Under the pieces are notes generated by a model. That model did not search any database and was not told the origin of the DNA. It was given only the letters and a program-made list of their open reading frames with translations. The position numbers were made by a program, and so were the translations under genes. This document shows positions 13,212-27,297 of a DNA stretch of 64,000 nucleotides, in pieces. The DNA comes from Octopus sinensis (lineage: Eukaryota), in NCBI RefSeq assembly GCF_006345805.1, contig NC_042999.1:110484001-110548000 (forward strand), written 5' to 3'. The first letter of the stretch is position 1. Each line of letters opens with the position of its first letter.

Positions 13212-13950
13212 ATAGTTATAATTATATATCATTTGTATAATAATATTTGCTCCATTTAAAGTGATTATACCTAAACAATTGATGTCCAGTTCCCAGTGGT
13301 TTGGCCCATCTTTTTTTCAGTCAGTTGTTTAGGTTTAGTTGCATTAAATGGAGCATATATTATTATATAAATAACACATAATTATAGTTATTACTAAAAA
13401 AGGATTTATGTCTGTCATTCTTCTCCTTAATTTACAGCCTTTAGGTTTGTTTACAAATTTATAGAATATATACATCAGACAAAATTTATCTATGCATTGA
13501 AAATTGACTGAAATTGATGGGTGGAATGTGTGGCTGAGTTGGGTATGTATGGAGCCATGTAAGCATTGATGTCACGTTCAGTTCTCAGTGGTTTAACTCA
13601 TCTTTTTTCAGTCAATTGTTTAGATTTAGTTGCTCTAAATGGGACATTTATTATTATATAAATAACATTTATATAATAGAGTCAAGACTATTGAAAAGGT
13701 TGCAAGACGCAACGAAAATTTTAGAAAATAAAAATAAGAAATAAGTGGAAATTTTACCGGTGAGTGTGTTAAATAATAAGGCACTAAAAGAGAATGACTC
13801 TCCCCAGATCAACAGAATATGCTTCAACACACGAACTCATATAAAGAATCTTGCAAACCAAATCCAAAAACGAAATTTAATTATAGTTATTATTGAAAAG
13901 ACCTGTGTGCGTCACTCTTCTCCATAATTTACAGCCTTTGGGTTTGTTTA
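13211..13950. repeat. Unclassified repeat: ~180-bp imperfect palindrome plus a second partial copy
   Basis: Arms 13211-13281 and 13319-13392 are reverse complements. 13280-13460 recurs at 13580-13950 with ~200 extra bp. Related pieces lie at 9905-9995 and 23340-23480. Confidence 0.7.
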
Positions 13951-13984
13951 TAAACTTATATATATATATATACATGTAGCATGA

Positions 13985-14025
<41 letters not shown>

Positions 14026-14531
14026 CAACAGGGTTCTTTTAGTTTCTGTCCACCAAACCCACTCATAAGGCTTTGGTCGGCTTGAGACACTTGCCCAAGG
14101 TGCCACACAGTGGGACTGAACTTGGAGCCATATGATTGGTAGTGGCTGTGTGGTAAGTATAGGCGCAGGGGTAGCTGTGTGGTAAATAGCTTGCTTACTA
14201 GCCACATGGTTCCAAGTTCAGTCCCACTGTGTTGCACCTTGGGCAAGTGCCTCAAGCCGACCAAAGCCTTATGAGTGTTTATTTATTTGTGTTTATATAT
14301 GTACATTTGTTTGATTTGTTCATGGGCTTAATGCCTTCAGTTTAAGCCCTTGGCCCAACTGGTTTTGAGTAGTATCGGGGAAGATTGGATGAAACTCCAA
14401 CTGAAGAAGCAATTGGCTGTGAATGACCCATGTATCTTGTTTTGCCCTGTTTGCTGTTGTTGTGCTGTCATTCTTTTCCTGCTTGTTTTGATGATTTCTG
14501 ATTGTTATGCTTTTTTACCTTTGATATATAC

Positions 14532-14609
<78 letters not shown>

Positions 14610-14789
14610 TGTATAATAATTTCAGTTTATTTTTAAGTTCGTCTCTGCAGATTGTAGCAATTATTTACGTAAATGTATTTATATATGAAACATTGTATGC
14701 ACTGCTAGCACAAAAAGTAAGGCACAATATTAACTTGTACTTTAATGAACTTGGTAGTATATTCATCATCATCATCATCATCATCATTT

Positions 14790-15118
14790 AACGTCCGCTT
14801 TCCATGCTAGCATGGGTTGGACGGTTCAACTGGGGTCTGGGGAGCCCGAAAGCTGCACCAGTCCAGTCAGATCTGGCAGTGTTTCTACAGCTGGATGCCC
14901 TTCCTAACGCCAACCACTCCGAGAGTGTAGTGGGTGATTTTATGTGCCACCGACACAGGTGCCAGACGAGGCTGGCAAACGGCCACGCTCGGATGCTGTT
15001 TTTTATGTGCCACCGACACAGGTGCCAGACGAGGCTGGCAGACGGCCACGCTCGGATGGTGTTTTTATGTGCCACCGACACAGGTGCCAGATGAGGCTGG
15101 CAAAACGGCCACGATATT
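14790..15118 (-). mobile_element. CpG-rich (probably young) retroposon 3' part with three ~62-63-bp internal tandem units
   Basis: The minus strand carries TTAGGAAGGGCATCCAGCTGTAGAAAC...GCATGGAAAGCGGACGTTAAA(TGA)n. Units TTTATGTGCCACCGACACAGGTGCCAG start at about 14939, 15002 and 15064. Confidence 0.85.
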
Positions 15119-16044
15119 ATAGTTGCAAAACGAAAAACTGTGTCCTTGCTAGCAATTATATATTTTAGCATATATAAAGGGTTGTACTTTGACGTAAAAT
15201 ATGCCTTGTGCATTCACACTTACATCGACACAACAAATATGCACATCTGCATAAACATATACAAATAGATACAATACACAAAAATACACAAACATGATCA
15301 TGCATAAGAAAGCGAAAAAAAAAAGGAACAAATCTAAAAATTTGTAAGCAGACTCTTTCAATTGTTGTAAACACTTTAAAGCTTTTAGTAAGTATTTAGA
15401 AAAAAGAAAAAGAAAAACAGAAAAGAAAATATAAAACAATAAAATACTTCAAAATGACAAAAAACACCCCATATCATCACTATCAATATAAATAAAAAAA
15501 AAAGCAAAAAGGGATTGGAAACCTAAATTTGCTAGAGTTCAGATTAATAGAGTCAACAGGGTAGATGAGTACACATCTAAAGAGCGAAAAGGAGTTTCTC
15601 ATATGTTTCAAAATCTGTGCTTACCACAAGCTCTTATTTAACCTCCATTTGGTATTTACTCAACAGACATATTGACCTCAAGATATGCTGGGCTCTTATA
15701 CCCCTTTTTTTTCCTTAAATATTTTCTATTTTTCCTCTTTTTGTTACCCTTGGCTCTTCAGTGCGATTGTGTATACATTTGTAATTATTAACAAATTCTT
15801 TCCTACAATTAAACACAAATTTTTCCAGCATATTCAGCTGAGCGAATATCAAAGATTTATTATCACCCAGCAGGAATTTCTTTGACAGCCATCTGAGATT
15901 TCTTAGTACGAATTCACCAAATGTTCCTATCAACAGTTATTGGACTGAACTTGTACATATACATATATACATACATACATACATACATACATATACATAT
16001 ATATATGTATATTATATATATATAATATAATATATATATATAAT

Positions 16045-16099
<55 letters not shown>

Positions 16100-16327
16100 G
16101 TATATATACATATATATATACATATATACATATATATACACACACATATATATACATGTATATACATACATATACACACATATATACACACATACAGATA
16201 TATATACATATATATTTATTTACACGTACACACACACATATATATGTATATATGTGTATATATATCTGTGTGTATATATATGTCTATATATATACATATG
16301 TATATATATACATATGTATATATATAC

Positions 16328-16388
<61 letters not shown>

Positions 16389-17090
16389 TGTGTGTATATC
16401 ATGGAGGAAAGAATCTCTGACTACAAGGAGGTGAAAGTCCAAATATGAGAATGAGAAATGAAATGTAGATTGTCAGTGTTGCATTATAGCTTCTAGTTTC
16501 GCTTACATGTGTGATACCCTTAATATGATTACAATGTTAAGCACTTGCGAAGCATTAATCATACTACAAACTCAAGAGTTGGTCCAGAAGAATTATTTAT
16601 AGAATGTCTTTTATTATTTATTATTTATTTTGTTATTTGATTCTTTTATCACATTTTTTTTTTAAAAACAAAATAAAAATTTCTTTTCAATTTTGTTTAT
16701 CTTTTCTTACAGTTAGATGTATGGTATATATTTTTAAAAGCAACATTAAGTGTTGGAGTGGAGAAGAAACAAGGAAGCTGTTTGAAATGTATATTAATAA
16801 AAAATATATAAATAACTATAAAATATAAATAACTATAAAACAAAAGAGCAAAATAAAAAAATAACTATATAGATATAAAAATAATAACTAATATCCATAA
16901 GGTAATAGTAAGGAAAAGTGTGTATAAATATATAAATAAATATAAATAACATTGTCAATGACACTGGGTTAGAAATAATTTTCTGACAAATGAACAAGAG
17001 TCTGAGATTATAAGGTCTATTAATTGTCAAAGACAGTTCAATCTGGTACATATTCACTATATATATAAATCTGTATTGGGTACATGTGTT

Positions 17091-17125
<35 letters not shown>

Positions 17126-17134
17126 GTATATACA

Positions 17135-17420
17135 TACATACATATATAATGATGAGAATGTATGTCTGTCTATGTGAATCCCGAAAACTCGAGAACTACA
17201 TGACCGATTTCATTCAAATTTTACAGATGTCTTACTTAGAGTCCATACAGTGTCATGGACTAAAAAAGTTTCAACTTCTTGCCTAATGCAAGCCCAGAGC
17301 AATCTCTTATCTCTTACACTATTTCAGTATTACATGTCAAAAGTGAAACAATAACATCTCTATTGCAATGTGAGATACTTTCAGTTTAATAGTTTCACTA
17401 TTAATACTGAAACTACTATC
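17135..17420 (+). mobile_element. Possible non-autonomous Helitron 5' part
   Basis: TATAATGATGAGAATG-TCTGTCT...CTCGAGAACTAC..ACCGATTTCATTCAAA resembles the 5' ends of non-autonomous Helitron-like elements. No 3' hairpin was identified. Confidence 0.35.
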
Positions 17421-17530
17421 TATTATATATACATGCATATATACATGCATACATATATACACACATACATACATATATTATGTGTATATATATATATATA
17501 CATACATATATCTATTATGTATATATATAT

Positions 17531-17561
<31 letters not shown>

Positions 17562-18964
17562 TCTGCATATATATATATATATATATATATATAATCAGAC
17601 ATCCCCTTCGGTCATGAATGATCATAGGATTGCACCTAGAAAGTTACACTCTGAGGCACCAGTGACGTTGCAACTCATTTCTACAGCTGAGTGAACTGGA
17701 GCAATGTGAAATAAACTGTCTTGTTCAAGAACACAACACACAGCCCGGTCTGGGATTTGAACTCACAACCTCATGGCAGTAAGCTTGACACACTAACCAC
17801 TGAGTCATGCACCTTCACAAATCATTGCAAATATAAAAAAAACAAAAACTAGTTCATCAAATCATCTGGACATCATGGTTGCACTAACGATTCAACTCTA
17901 GAGTTATATAATTATCATAGTCTAGCACATACTGTAAGTAACCCTTTCAACCATAGGCACAAAGCCTGAAATTTGTGGGGAGGGGACTAGTCAATTTCAT
18001 CAACCCAGGTACTTAATTTATCAACCTTGAAAAGATGAAAGGCAAAGTTGACCTCACAGGAATTTGAACTTAGAACATGAAGATGGATGAAACATTGCAA
18101 AGCATTTTGCCCGGCATGCTAACGAATCTGCCATCTTACTGCCCTCAGCATACTGTAAATAATAACATTGCTGTTCACAAATTTACAATGTCTGATCATT
18201 GACTGACAGCATATTAATGGTAAACATTACCAGAAAGTGTTTGAAGAGCTCTAGGTTTTCGCGAATAATTTTCATTCTTTTTTTTTTTTTTTTTACTTAT
18301 TTCAGTTATTTGACTGTGGCCATGGTGGAGCACTGCTTTTTAGTCGAAGAAATCAAACTTGTTCTTTGTAAGCCTGGTGCTTATTTTATCAGTATCTTCT
18401 GCTAAGTTATAGGGATGTAAACACACCAGCATCAGTTGTCAAGCGATGGTGGCAGGGACGAACACAGACACAAACACACACACATAAATATATACAATGG
18501 GATTCTTTCATTTTTCATCCATGAAATCCTCTCACAAGGCTTTGTTTGGCCTGAGGTATAAGTAGAAGACATTTGCCAAAGGTGCCATGCAGCAGGACTG
18601 AACCCAGAACCATGTGGTTGGGAAGCAAGCTTCTTACCACCCAGCCACACTTATTCATTAATTATTTATTATAATATAAATTATGTAGATTTTTGAATTT
18701 GTTTGGCTAGAATTTTGATCTGAAACCATTTGTAGGCACAGGTCTGGCTGTGTGGTAAGAAGTTTGCTTTCCGGTGACATGGCTCTGGGTTCAGTTCCAC
18801 CATATGACATCTTTGGTAAGTGTTTTCTACAATAGCCATGGACTGACCAAAGCCTTGTGTGTGAATTTGGTAGACAGAAACTGTAAGATCCTGCCATGTA
18901 TATAAATGCTGTACTCAAGAAGAGCTGTACTCTGCAGCAGAAATGTTACGACTGGTTCTTCTGG

Positions 18965-19310
18965 TGGTGTAAAGCACTCATGATGGTGCCATGTAAAAGC
19001 CCCCATGTGGTGCCATTTTAAAACGCTTGTGTGGTGTCACATAAAAGTGCCTGTGTGGTGCCACATAAAAGCATCTGTGCAGTGCTACATAAAAACACCC
19101 ATGTGCTGCCTTATGTAAAAGCACCCATGTGGTTCCATGTAAAAGCACTCAGCCACTTTGTGAAGTGGTTGGCTTTAGGAAGGGTATCCCACTGTAGAGA
19201 CTATGCCAAATCACACTGGAATCTCGTGAAGCTCCCCAGCTTGCCAGCTCTGATGAAACCAGCCAACCTATGCCAGCATGAACAACTTGTGTTAAATGAT
19301 AATGATGATA
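18965..19310 (+). mobile_element. Retroposon 3' part with ~7 x 24-bp internal tandem units
   Basis: Units GGTGCCAYRTAAAAGCACCYRTGT (18975-19150) are followed by GTGGTTGGCTTTAGGAAGGG...GTTAAATGATAATGATG. Confidence 0.75.
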
Positions 19311-19671
19311 TGTGTCATTGTGTATGTTTGTCTCCCCACCATCACTGCTTGACAATGCTGGTTTGTTTACATCCCTGTAACTTAGTGATTCAGCAAAAGA
19401 AACTAATTGAATAAGTACCAGACTTTAAAAAAAAAACTATTTGGGTTGAATCATTTAACTAAAATTTTTATTAGGTGGTGCTCCAGCATGGCCACAGTCT
19501 AATGGCTGAAACAAGTAAAAGATAAAAGGTATGTTGAAACCAATATTTAGGAAGGGTATAAACAAATGCACTGCTTCTTGTAAAATCAGAGTTTTCTGCT
19601 TAATAATACTTGGAATGGTACATGAATTTATAAGTAAAATATTTAAAAAAATAAAGCAAGACTTTTAAACA

Positions 19672-20118
19672 TTAACCCTTTAAAATTCGGATTACTTTGT
19701 CAAATATAATCCTTTCTACTATAGGCAAAATGCCTGAAATTTAGGGGATTAGTTAGTCGATTACATTGACCTCAGTACTCAACTGATGCTTAATTTATCG
19801 ACTCCAAAAGGATGAAAGGCAGAGTCGACCTTGGCAGAAGATGTAGCAATGGTCAAAATATGGCTAAGCATTTCGCCCAGCATGCTAATGATTCTGCCAG
19901 CTTGCAGCCTTTACTCTGTCAAATATAATACTTATTTATACACTTCGTTTTGAATTAATCATGCATTATCTTGAAGCTTTGAGATTTTAATGATGGGATT
20001 GATTATTTTTAGAATGACATTGTTGGGTAGATGTGACAGATCAGATATGGAAGGCTTGATCATAATGCAAGTAGAATATCTGGGCCAGATATAGCTGGTT
20101 TAAATGTTAAGGGGTTAA
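19672..20118. mobile_element. piggyBac-like TTAA MITE containing a SINE (19711-19916, minus strand)
   Basis: Ends TTAACCCTT...AGGGGTTAA. The internal SINE is flanked by a 13-bp TSD tgtcaaatataat at 19698-19710 and 19917-19929. Confidence 0.75.
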
Positions 20119-20198
20119 GCTAAAACAGTTCAGTATCAACTTTACAATATCACTTTCAGTTTTCTCCAATGATATCAGTTACTAGTGAATACAATCAT

Positions 20199-20426
20199 TT
20201 AACCTTTTCGATACCAACCCGGCTGAAACCGGCTCTGGCTCTGAGTATAAATGTCTTGTTTTCATAAGTTTTGAATTAAAATCTTCCACCAAACCTTAGT
20301 TACAATTTATGTTCCTAACACTAGCTGAATGATAACTAAGTTATTTTACTAAATTCTTTGTCATATTTAAAGTAATTGAAAGAAACACAGAGCATCTCGA
20401 AATAAATACAGTAATGAAAGGATTAA
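20199..20426. mobile_element. piggyBac-like TTAA MITE
   Basis: Ends TTAACCTTTTCG...GAAAGGATTAA. A copy in the opposite orientation lies at 25372-25587. Confidence 0.75.
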
Positions 20427-20519
20427 AATGTTTGCAGCAAAAAGGGTTGAGAAAATTTCTGTCACAAACAGGGACCAAAAATATTGGTTTAATAGGGCTT
20501 ACATAGTCTTTATTAGATG

Positions 20520-20790
20520 CAATTATGTTGCAGGAGAGTACACCTACTCCTTTTAGGACCCTCAGATGTTTTGGCAAGCTATTATTATATTGCTATGGGC
20601 CCTTGAACCCCAAGCTATTGCAGTACCTGATCCTCACACAAGATGGAATTGTTGGGATATTTGGAACAGTGCAGTGACGTCCAGTTCGGAGTCTGGTATA
20701 ACTTTCAGTATCAAAGTTTCATGCCACCCCTTCTAGGATCTTCCATATGTTTATCCTTGCATATATCTCCCAACATCCCAACTGTATATA
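20520..20790 (-). pseudogene. CR1/L2-like LINE ORF2 C-terminal fragment
   Basis: Minus translation WERYARINIWKILEGVA*NFDTESYTRLRTGRHCTVP...YCNSLGFKGP*..NSLPKHLR matches the post-RT RRER..IYxWKIL / F..RG...FN.LP pattern. Confidence 0.75.
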
Positions 20791-22314
20791 TACACACATA
20801 CATACACACTAGTGTGAGCACACTATTTTGAAGATATTTCACTAAATTTATGTTGGACAATATATCTCATGCACAACGAAACCCATCATTTTTTATGTGT
20901 ACTACACTAGTGTATATATAATAACTATATGAACATATAGATATACATACATACAAACATACACACACATATATATATACATATACACACACACATATAT
21001 ATATATATATACATATACACACGCATATTTTTCTCTCTACATATGTGTGTGTGTGTATCCCCTAATGCAAGAAGAACTGCAATATTTTTCCCATAGAACA
21101 GAGTTTGATAAAAGACGAAGACACAAAAAGGAAACTAAAATAAAACCAGATATATTTTAATCAATGACAAAACAAAAGAATAAAAAGAAAAAGCAATATG
21201 TGAAGGACAATAAAAAATACAAAATATGAAAACAAAAAACAAAACAAAAAGGGAAAACAAAATTGATATTTAAAATAAGAAATATAGAACACATAGGTGT
21301 TTGTTTCATAAAAATTCTTGTCAATAAGATAGATTTCTTGGTTGTCATAAACATTGAAGATATATATTTCGAAAGACAGGTGGAAGCTTAATGTTTTGTT
21401 GCTATTATTTTTAATTATATGTATGTATAAGTATATATATGTAAGGTGTGTATGTATATTCATACATATACACACACACACAGACACACACACATTTATA
21501 TGTATGTAATTATACTCGTATGCATATATGTATATGTGTGTATATATGTATATACCCATACACACACATATGTATATACATATATATATATATATATACC
21601 TATATATAAGTATTTATATAGATATATATGTATATATCTATATATATGTGTTTATAGATACATATAAATATATATATACACACATACATACATACATACA
21701 TACATACATACATACACATATATACCTACACACACACACACGTATATATATATACACACATATGTATATTTGTGTGCACATGTATGTGTAGGCAGAAAGG
21801 AGTAAGAGAGAGAGAGATAGAAAGAGAGGGAGAAAGACGTATATATATATATGTTTATATTCCCTGTTGCCAAATTAATGTTAAGACCATCACTTTTAGA
21901 TAACTTTTCTTCATAGATTGTTCTGGATGGAGAATATGGTAGTGGTGTTGATAGTGCTACTGTTGTTGTTGTTGGTGGTGGTGGTGGTGGCGGTGGTAGT
22001 GGTGATTGTTGTCATGGTGGGAGTTGAAACATTGCTGCCTGTCACAATAAATTCCACGTTTGTAAGAGTCTTCAAAAGAAAGAAGAACTCTCCTGGTACT
22101 TTACATAGCTAAGTTTCAGTCAAATATGTCTTACAATCTGACAACAGTAGTTGCATAGTGTAAAGTTAAATGAGCTGTCAATAGATTGCGACACACACAC
22201 ACACATACATGCATATACGCATACCCACACCCCCAACCCACAACCACCCAACACACGCATAGATACATAGATACCATACATGTCTCCCTATCAATCTATC
22301 TATCTATCTATCTA

Positions 22315-22359
<45 letters not shown>

Positions 22360-22491
22360 TTATATATAATATATGTATGCGTATATATATATATATATAT
22401 ATACATACAGATATATATATTTATATATATATAAAATATATTTATATATGTATATATATCTCTACATTCATACCAAAGTATACATTCCTTC

Positions 22492-22527
<36 letters not shown>

Positions 22528-23290
22528 AGTATATATGTGTTTTATTAATATACACATACACATGCACACGCACATAGACTATACCAAACATGCATACATA
22601 CGACTATATCAGTATCTACACTCTAGTATAAGAGATGAACAGTTTTGTAAGTGCTGTTTTGACTGTTGTATATCCTAAGGAAAGTGTAAGGATTCCGTCA
22701 GTCCATATCCTTTTTCACTAATAAATTTCTTACTTAAGAATACAAAGCCACATTTTGAGAGAGGGAGGAATCAATCAATATTGATGATAGTGCTTTATCC
22801 AAGGATCAAGTAAAGAGAAACCTGTAACCATACTCAAGTTGACCTCTTTGCAACTATCTGGTTGTAGGTTGTATCCCACCAGGCAGCAGTTTGGAAAAAC
22901 ATATATTATTGTATTATAGGCTTTATTTGGGCTGACCTTGTGAGTGGTACATGACTTAATGGTTAAAGTGTCAGGCTCACAATCTCAAGGTAATGAGTTT
23001 GATTCATGGAGGGCAGTGTATTGTGTTCTTGAGCAAGACTCTTTATTTCACATTGCTCCAGCTCTCTCAACTGTAGAAATGAGTTGCGACATCACTAGTG
23101 ACAAGCTATATTGGCATTTGCTTTCCCTTGAATAACATCGGTGGTATGGAGAGAGGAGACTGGTATGTATGGACAACTGTTGGTCTTCCATAAACAATCT
23201 TGCCTGGTCTTGTCCCTCGGAGAGGAACTTTCTAGGTGAAATCCCATGGTCATTCATGAACGAAGAGGGTCTTTAGTCTTTTTACAATTG

Positions 23291-23321
<31 letters not shown>

Positions 23322-23590
23322 TTCATTTTTGTATCTGAATGGACAGAGTCAACAACAATTGGAAAGTTTACAAGACACAACTTATAGAAAAAATAAATAA
23401 GTAAATGAGTGGAAATTAAACCGGTTAGTGTGTTAAATAATAAGGCACTAAAAGAGAATGACACTCCCCCTACACAATAATATATATATATATATATGAA
23501 TTCAGGTCAACAACACAGAGAACATGTTCTTGAAGCCAAGATTTTGATCTTAAGGAGACAATATTTACATATCACCTGAAGAAACACAAC

Positions 23591-23774
23591 TACCATATTT
23601 TAACATGTATAAGGAACCCTTTTTTGTCAAAAGTTAGGTTAAAAAAATATAGGAGTTTCTTATATATGAATAGTATTATAACCCCTTACAAAACCTTTTT
23701 TTTCAAATTTTTAGCCCCCCAAATTAGGGGGCTCCTTATACACTAGGGTTCCTAATACACGTTAAAATATGGTA
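23591..23774. mobile_element. pogo/Tigger-like MITE
   Basis: TIRs TACCATATTTTAACATGTAT and ATACACGTTAAAATATGGTA (19/20 match) with TA ends. Confidence 0.8.
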
Positions 23775-23913
23775 GATCCCATAATGCAGAGAAGCAGTTG
23801 CATAATCAAATACTTGCATGCCTGGAGAAATACATTGCGCGGAAACAATTGTAGTGATTAAAAAATAAATGTCCAACCGTACTCCTTCTTGACTCCAATT
23901 TTTGCAGTTACAC

Positions 23914-23960
<47 letters not shown>

Positions 23961-25076
23961 ACCACCAAACCACCACCATCACTATTTTGGTTGCATCTTT
24001 CCTGACATCACAGTAATTTTGTTCTTGGTTACAAGATTAGTTCAGGCAATATTAAGCTATTTGTTATATCAGTTTGATCTTCCGATGTCTTTTCCAGTAT
24101 ACATATCAATAGTTTTCTGTAAAATATCACCCTGATATACCAGTACCTAATGGTTAGGTCTCTTCTGATGCAGTTTGTCTAACTGCTATAATGAAAATTT
24201 CGAGGTCATTTCTGTAAGTTTTACTGTTGATGCTGGTTCAGTATTCTTTCTTAAATATATTTAACCATGATGCATTTAGGTAAAAAACCTCTTTTCAGTT
24301 TTATGTTGATGATGCCATCATTGTTTTTTATGTATATATATGTATGTCATTATTCAGTTTTATTTGAAGATTTTTCCTAATAAAGAGCCGGTTTCTAATC
24401 TAGATCCAAGTCTCCGTCATTGGAATTTCAACATCAACAACAGGGTATGTTTGTATGTATGTATGTATGTATGTATGTATGTATGTATGTATATATGTAT
24501 CTATCTATCTATCTATCTATGTATATATGTATGTGCAGATGTGTATGTTTTATGTATGTATTCTTATGCATATAGTTGCATATCTAGACATGCTCTATAT
24601 ATGTATGTATGTATGTATGTACATGTGTTTGCGTGTGTGTGGATGTATGTACATGTGTGTGTGTGTATGTATATATGTGTGTATACATTCATTCATGCAT
24701 GCATGTGTGTATACATGCATTCATGCATGTATGCATGTATGCTTGCATGCATATATCTTTAAATGAATCTGTGCTTTTGAGCAAAAGTATTTCATGGCAT
24801 TTTGTTCCATCTTTGTTGCACAGGCGTATCTTTGGCCCTGTTGCCATCATTAATGCCATTTAACCCATGATTGGTCCATTGCAAACTTGTAACCAATGAG
24901 GCAGTAGTTCACAAATTAGAAAATGAAAATAAAACATTTAAAGTTATGATTTGACATCTAAATTCTTACGTCCTCTTTTGGGAGATTAAGTGAAAGGCTT
25001 TATTAACCAAAACTATAGAGGTTTGTGAGGAGTGAGTCATGTCAATTAGCACTGGATAATGATAGCTATATCAATC

Positions 25077-25138
<62 letters not shown>

Positions 25139-25371
25139 CAGATAGATAGATAGATAGGTAGACAGACAGACAGATAGACAGACAGATAAATAGATAAATA
25201 AATAGAGCAATAGACAGATAGACAAACATAAATAGGCAAATAGTTAGATAGGCAGACAAACAGGCAGACAAATAGATAGATAGATAAATAGATAGATAGA
25301 TAGATAGATATGGAGAGAGAGAGAGAGAAGGGGAGGAGAAACAAGACTACACAAGCACTCTCTAGTCACAA

Positions 25372-25587
25372 TTAACCCTTTTGTTACCATATTCCTGTTG
25401 AGATGTTGTGTTTCTTTCAATTAATTTTAAATATAACAAAGAATTTAGTAAAATAACTTAGTTATCATTAAGCTAGTGTTGGGAACATAAATTGTGACTA
25501 AGATTTTAATTCAGAACTATTGAAAACAAGACATTTGTACTACAGAGTTGGAGGTGGTTTCAGCCAGGTTAGTATCGAAAGAGTTAA
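25372..25587. mobile_element. piggyBac-like TTAA MITE, inverted copy of the 20199-20426 family
   Basis: TTAACCCTTTTG...CGAAAGAGTTAA. The interior is the reverse complement of the 20199 copy. Confidence 0.75.
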
Positions 25588-25769
25588 ACACTATGAGAGA
25601 AAGAGAGTTTAGTGACTTGCAAAACCATGCAGGTAACTGTCAACCTGGGAGTAAACAGTCTGATAGTGAGGAGCAAGACTGAGCCAAACCAAGTAACACT
25701 CGTAAATACTGTAGAAGAGATGCAAAAGGGAAAAAAAACGTGAGCAACAATTTAACAAAGCACTCTTGA

Positions 25770-26490
25770 GGGAGAGAGATGTGGAAAGAGGGAAGGGAGT
25801 GGAGAGAGAGAAGAGAGAAAAAGAGAGAGATGAAAAGAGAGAGGAGGAAAGGAGGAGGAAGAATGTGAGGGTGGGGAGGGAGGGGGAGAGAAAAAGATGA
25901 AAATAGAGGGAGATGGAGAGAGAGTGAGAAGGAATGATGAAAGAGAAAAAAGAGAGAGAAAAATGGAAAGAGAGAGAAGGGAGGGGAGAAAGGAGAAAGA
26001 AAGAGAGAGAGAGAGAGATGAAAAGAGGGAGGGGAGAGGAGGAGGAAGAAAGTGAGGGAGGGAGGGAAAGAGAGGGAGAAAGTGTAAGAGAAAGGGAGAG
26101 AGAGGGAGGAAAGAGTAAGATGAAAATAGAGTGAGAGGGAGAGAGAGAAAGAGAGAAGAAAATAGAACAGAAGAGAAAGAAGAAAAGAGAAAGAAAAGAG
26201 AAAAAGGGAGAGTGAAATGGACAGAGATAGAAGGGAGGGGAAAGAGGAGAGAGAAAGAGAGAGATGAAAAGCGAGAGGGGAGAGGAGGAGAAAGAAAGAG
26301 AGGGTTGGGAGGGAGTGGGAGAGAGAGAAGAAAAGAGAAAAGAAGAGAAGAAGAAGAGAAAGAAGAAAAGATGAAGAAGAAAAGAGACAAGAAGTAGAGA
26401 GAGAGAGAAAGAAAATGAGAGAAGTGGTGATGGATATAGAAACTGTGGCTCAATTAAAAAGGTGATGAAAGAGATAAAGAAACACATAGA
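25770..26490. repeat. ~720-bp GA-rich polypurine low-complexity tract
   Basis: Almost entirely A/G on the plus strand. It is preceded by a (TAGA)n tract at 25075-25320. Confidence 0.95.
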
Positions 26491-26875
26491 GACAAGAAGT
26501 TTGCATCATCCAACTGTAAAGGTGTTCTCTTCAATAAACATAGTGTGTCTCTGGGTAACACTCTTCTTTTAGTTTAGACTATTGTGTCTAATGTTTGGCT
26601 CATGGCCAATAATTCTGAGGGGCGGGACAAGTAGATTACATCAACTCCTGGTGTTTGTTTTATTGACCCCTTGAAGGAATAAAGAGCAAAGTCAAGTGTT
26701 AGTAGAATTTGAACTCAAAACCTTTAGAGTTGGAAGAAATGCTACTCAGCATTCTGTGTAACATCCTAATGATTCTGTCAGATCACCTGTTACCTTTTTA
26801 TTGAGATTATTGCCACCTATTAAAAGAATGTGTGTGTGTGTATTAAATGAAGAAATGGCGACAAGTTAAGATTAT

Positions 26876-27297
26876 AGGTGCAGGAGTGGCTGTGTGGTAA
26901 GTAGCTTGCTTACCAACCACATGGTTCCGGGTTCAGTCCCACTGCATGGCACCTTGGGCAGGTGTCTTCTACTATAGCCTCAGGCTGACCAATGCCTTGT
27001 GAGTGGATTTGATAGACGGAAACTGAAAGCAGCCTGTCGTATATATGTATATGTTTCTGTGTTTGTGTTTGTCCCCCCACCGATGCTGGTGTGTTTACAT
27101 CCCCGTCACTTAGCAGTTTGGTGAGAGAGACCAGTAGAATAAGTATTAGGCTTACAAAGAATAAGTCCTGGGCATCTAGCTGTAGAAACACTGCCAGATC
27201 AGACTGGAGCCTGGTGCAGCCTCCTGGCTTCCCAGACCCTAGTTGAACAGTCCAACCCATACTAGCATGGAAAATGGACGTTAAACGATGATGATGA
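26876..27297 (+). mobile_element. tRNA-derived SINE (GGTGCAGGAGTGGCTGTGTGGTAAG head) joined to the TGA-tailed retroposon end
   Basis: The head and body run to about 27171, then switch at GGGCATC to the CTAGCTGTAGAAAC...GTTAAACGATGATG tail. Related copies lie at 2890-3345, 13995-14275, 18290-18650 and 18735-18900. Confidence 0.8.

Noticed and set aside
12830-13240. Many YI/HT-repeat ORFs here and near 6900, 16000, 21500, 30000, 39500, 49900 and 56500
   Set aside because: They are open frames through (TA)n, (CA)n and (CATA)n microsatellites.
14939-15118. CRISPR-like regular repeats
   Set aside because: Head-to-tail units with no unique spacers, inside a eukaryotic retroposon, and no cas genes.
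25609-26487. Longest ORFs in the track (292 and 233 aa, S/L/F-rich)
   Set aside because: They are translations of a GA-rich polypurine tract and have no domain content.
26876-26960. tRNA-like box A/B sequences here and at other SINE heads
   Set aside because: They continue into SINE bodies and I see no complete cloverleaf, so they are not tRNA genes.
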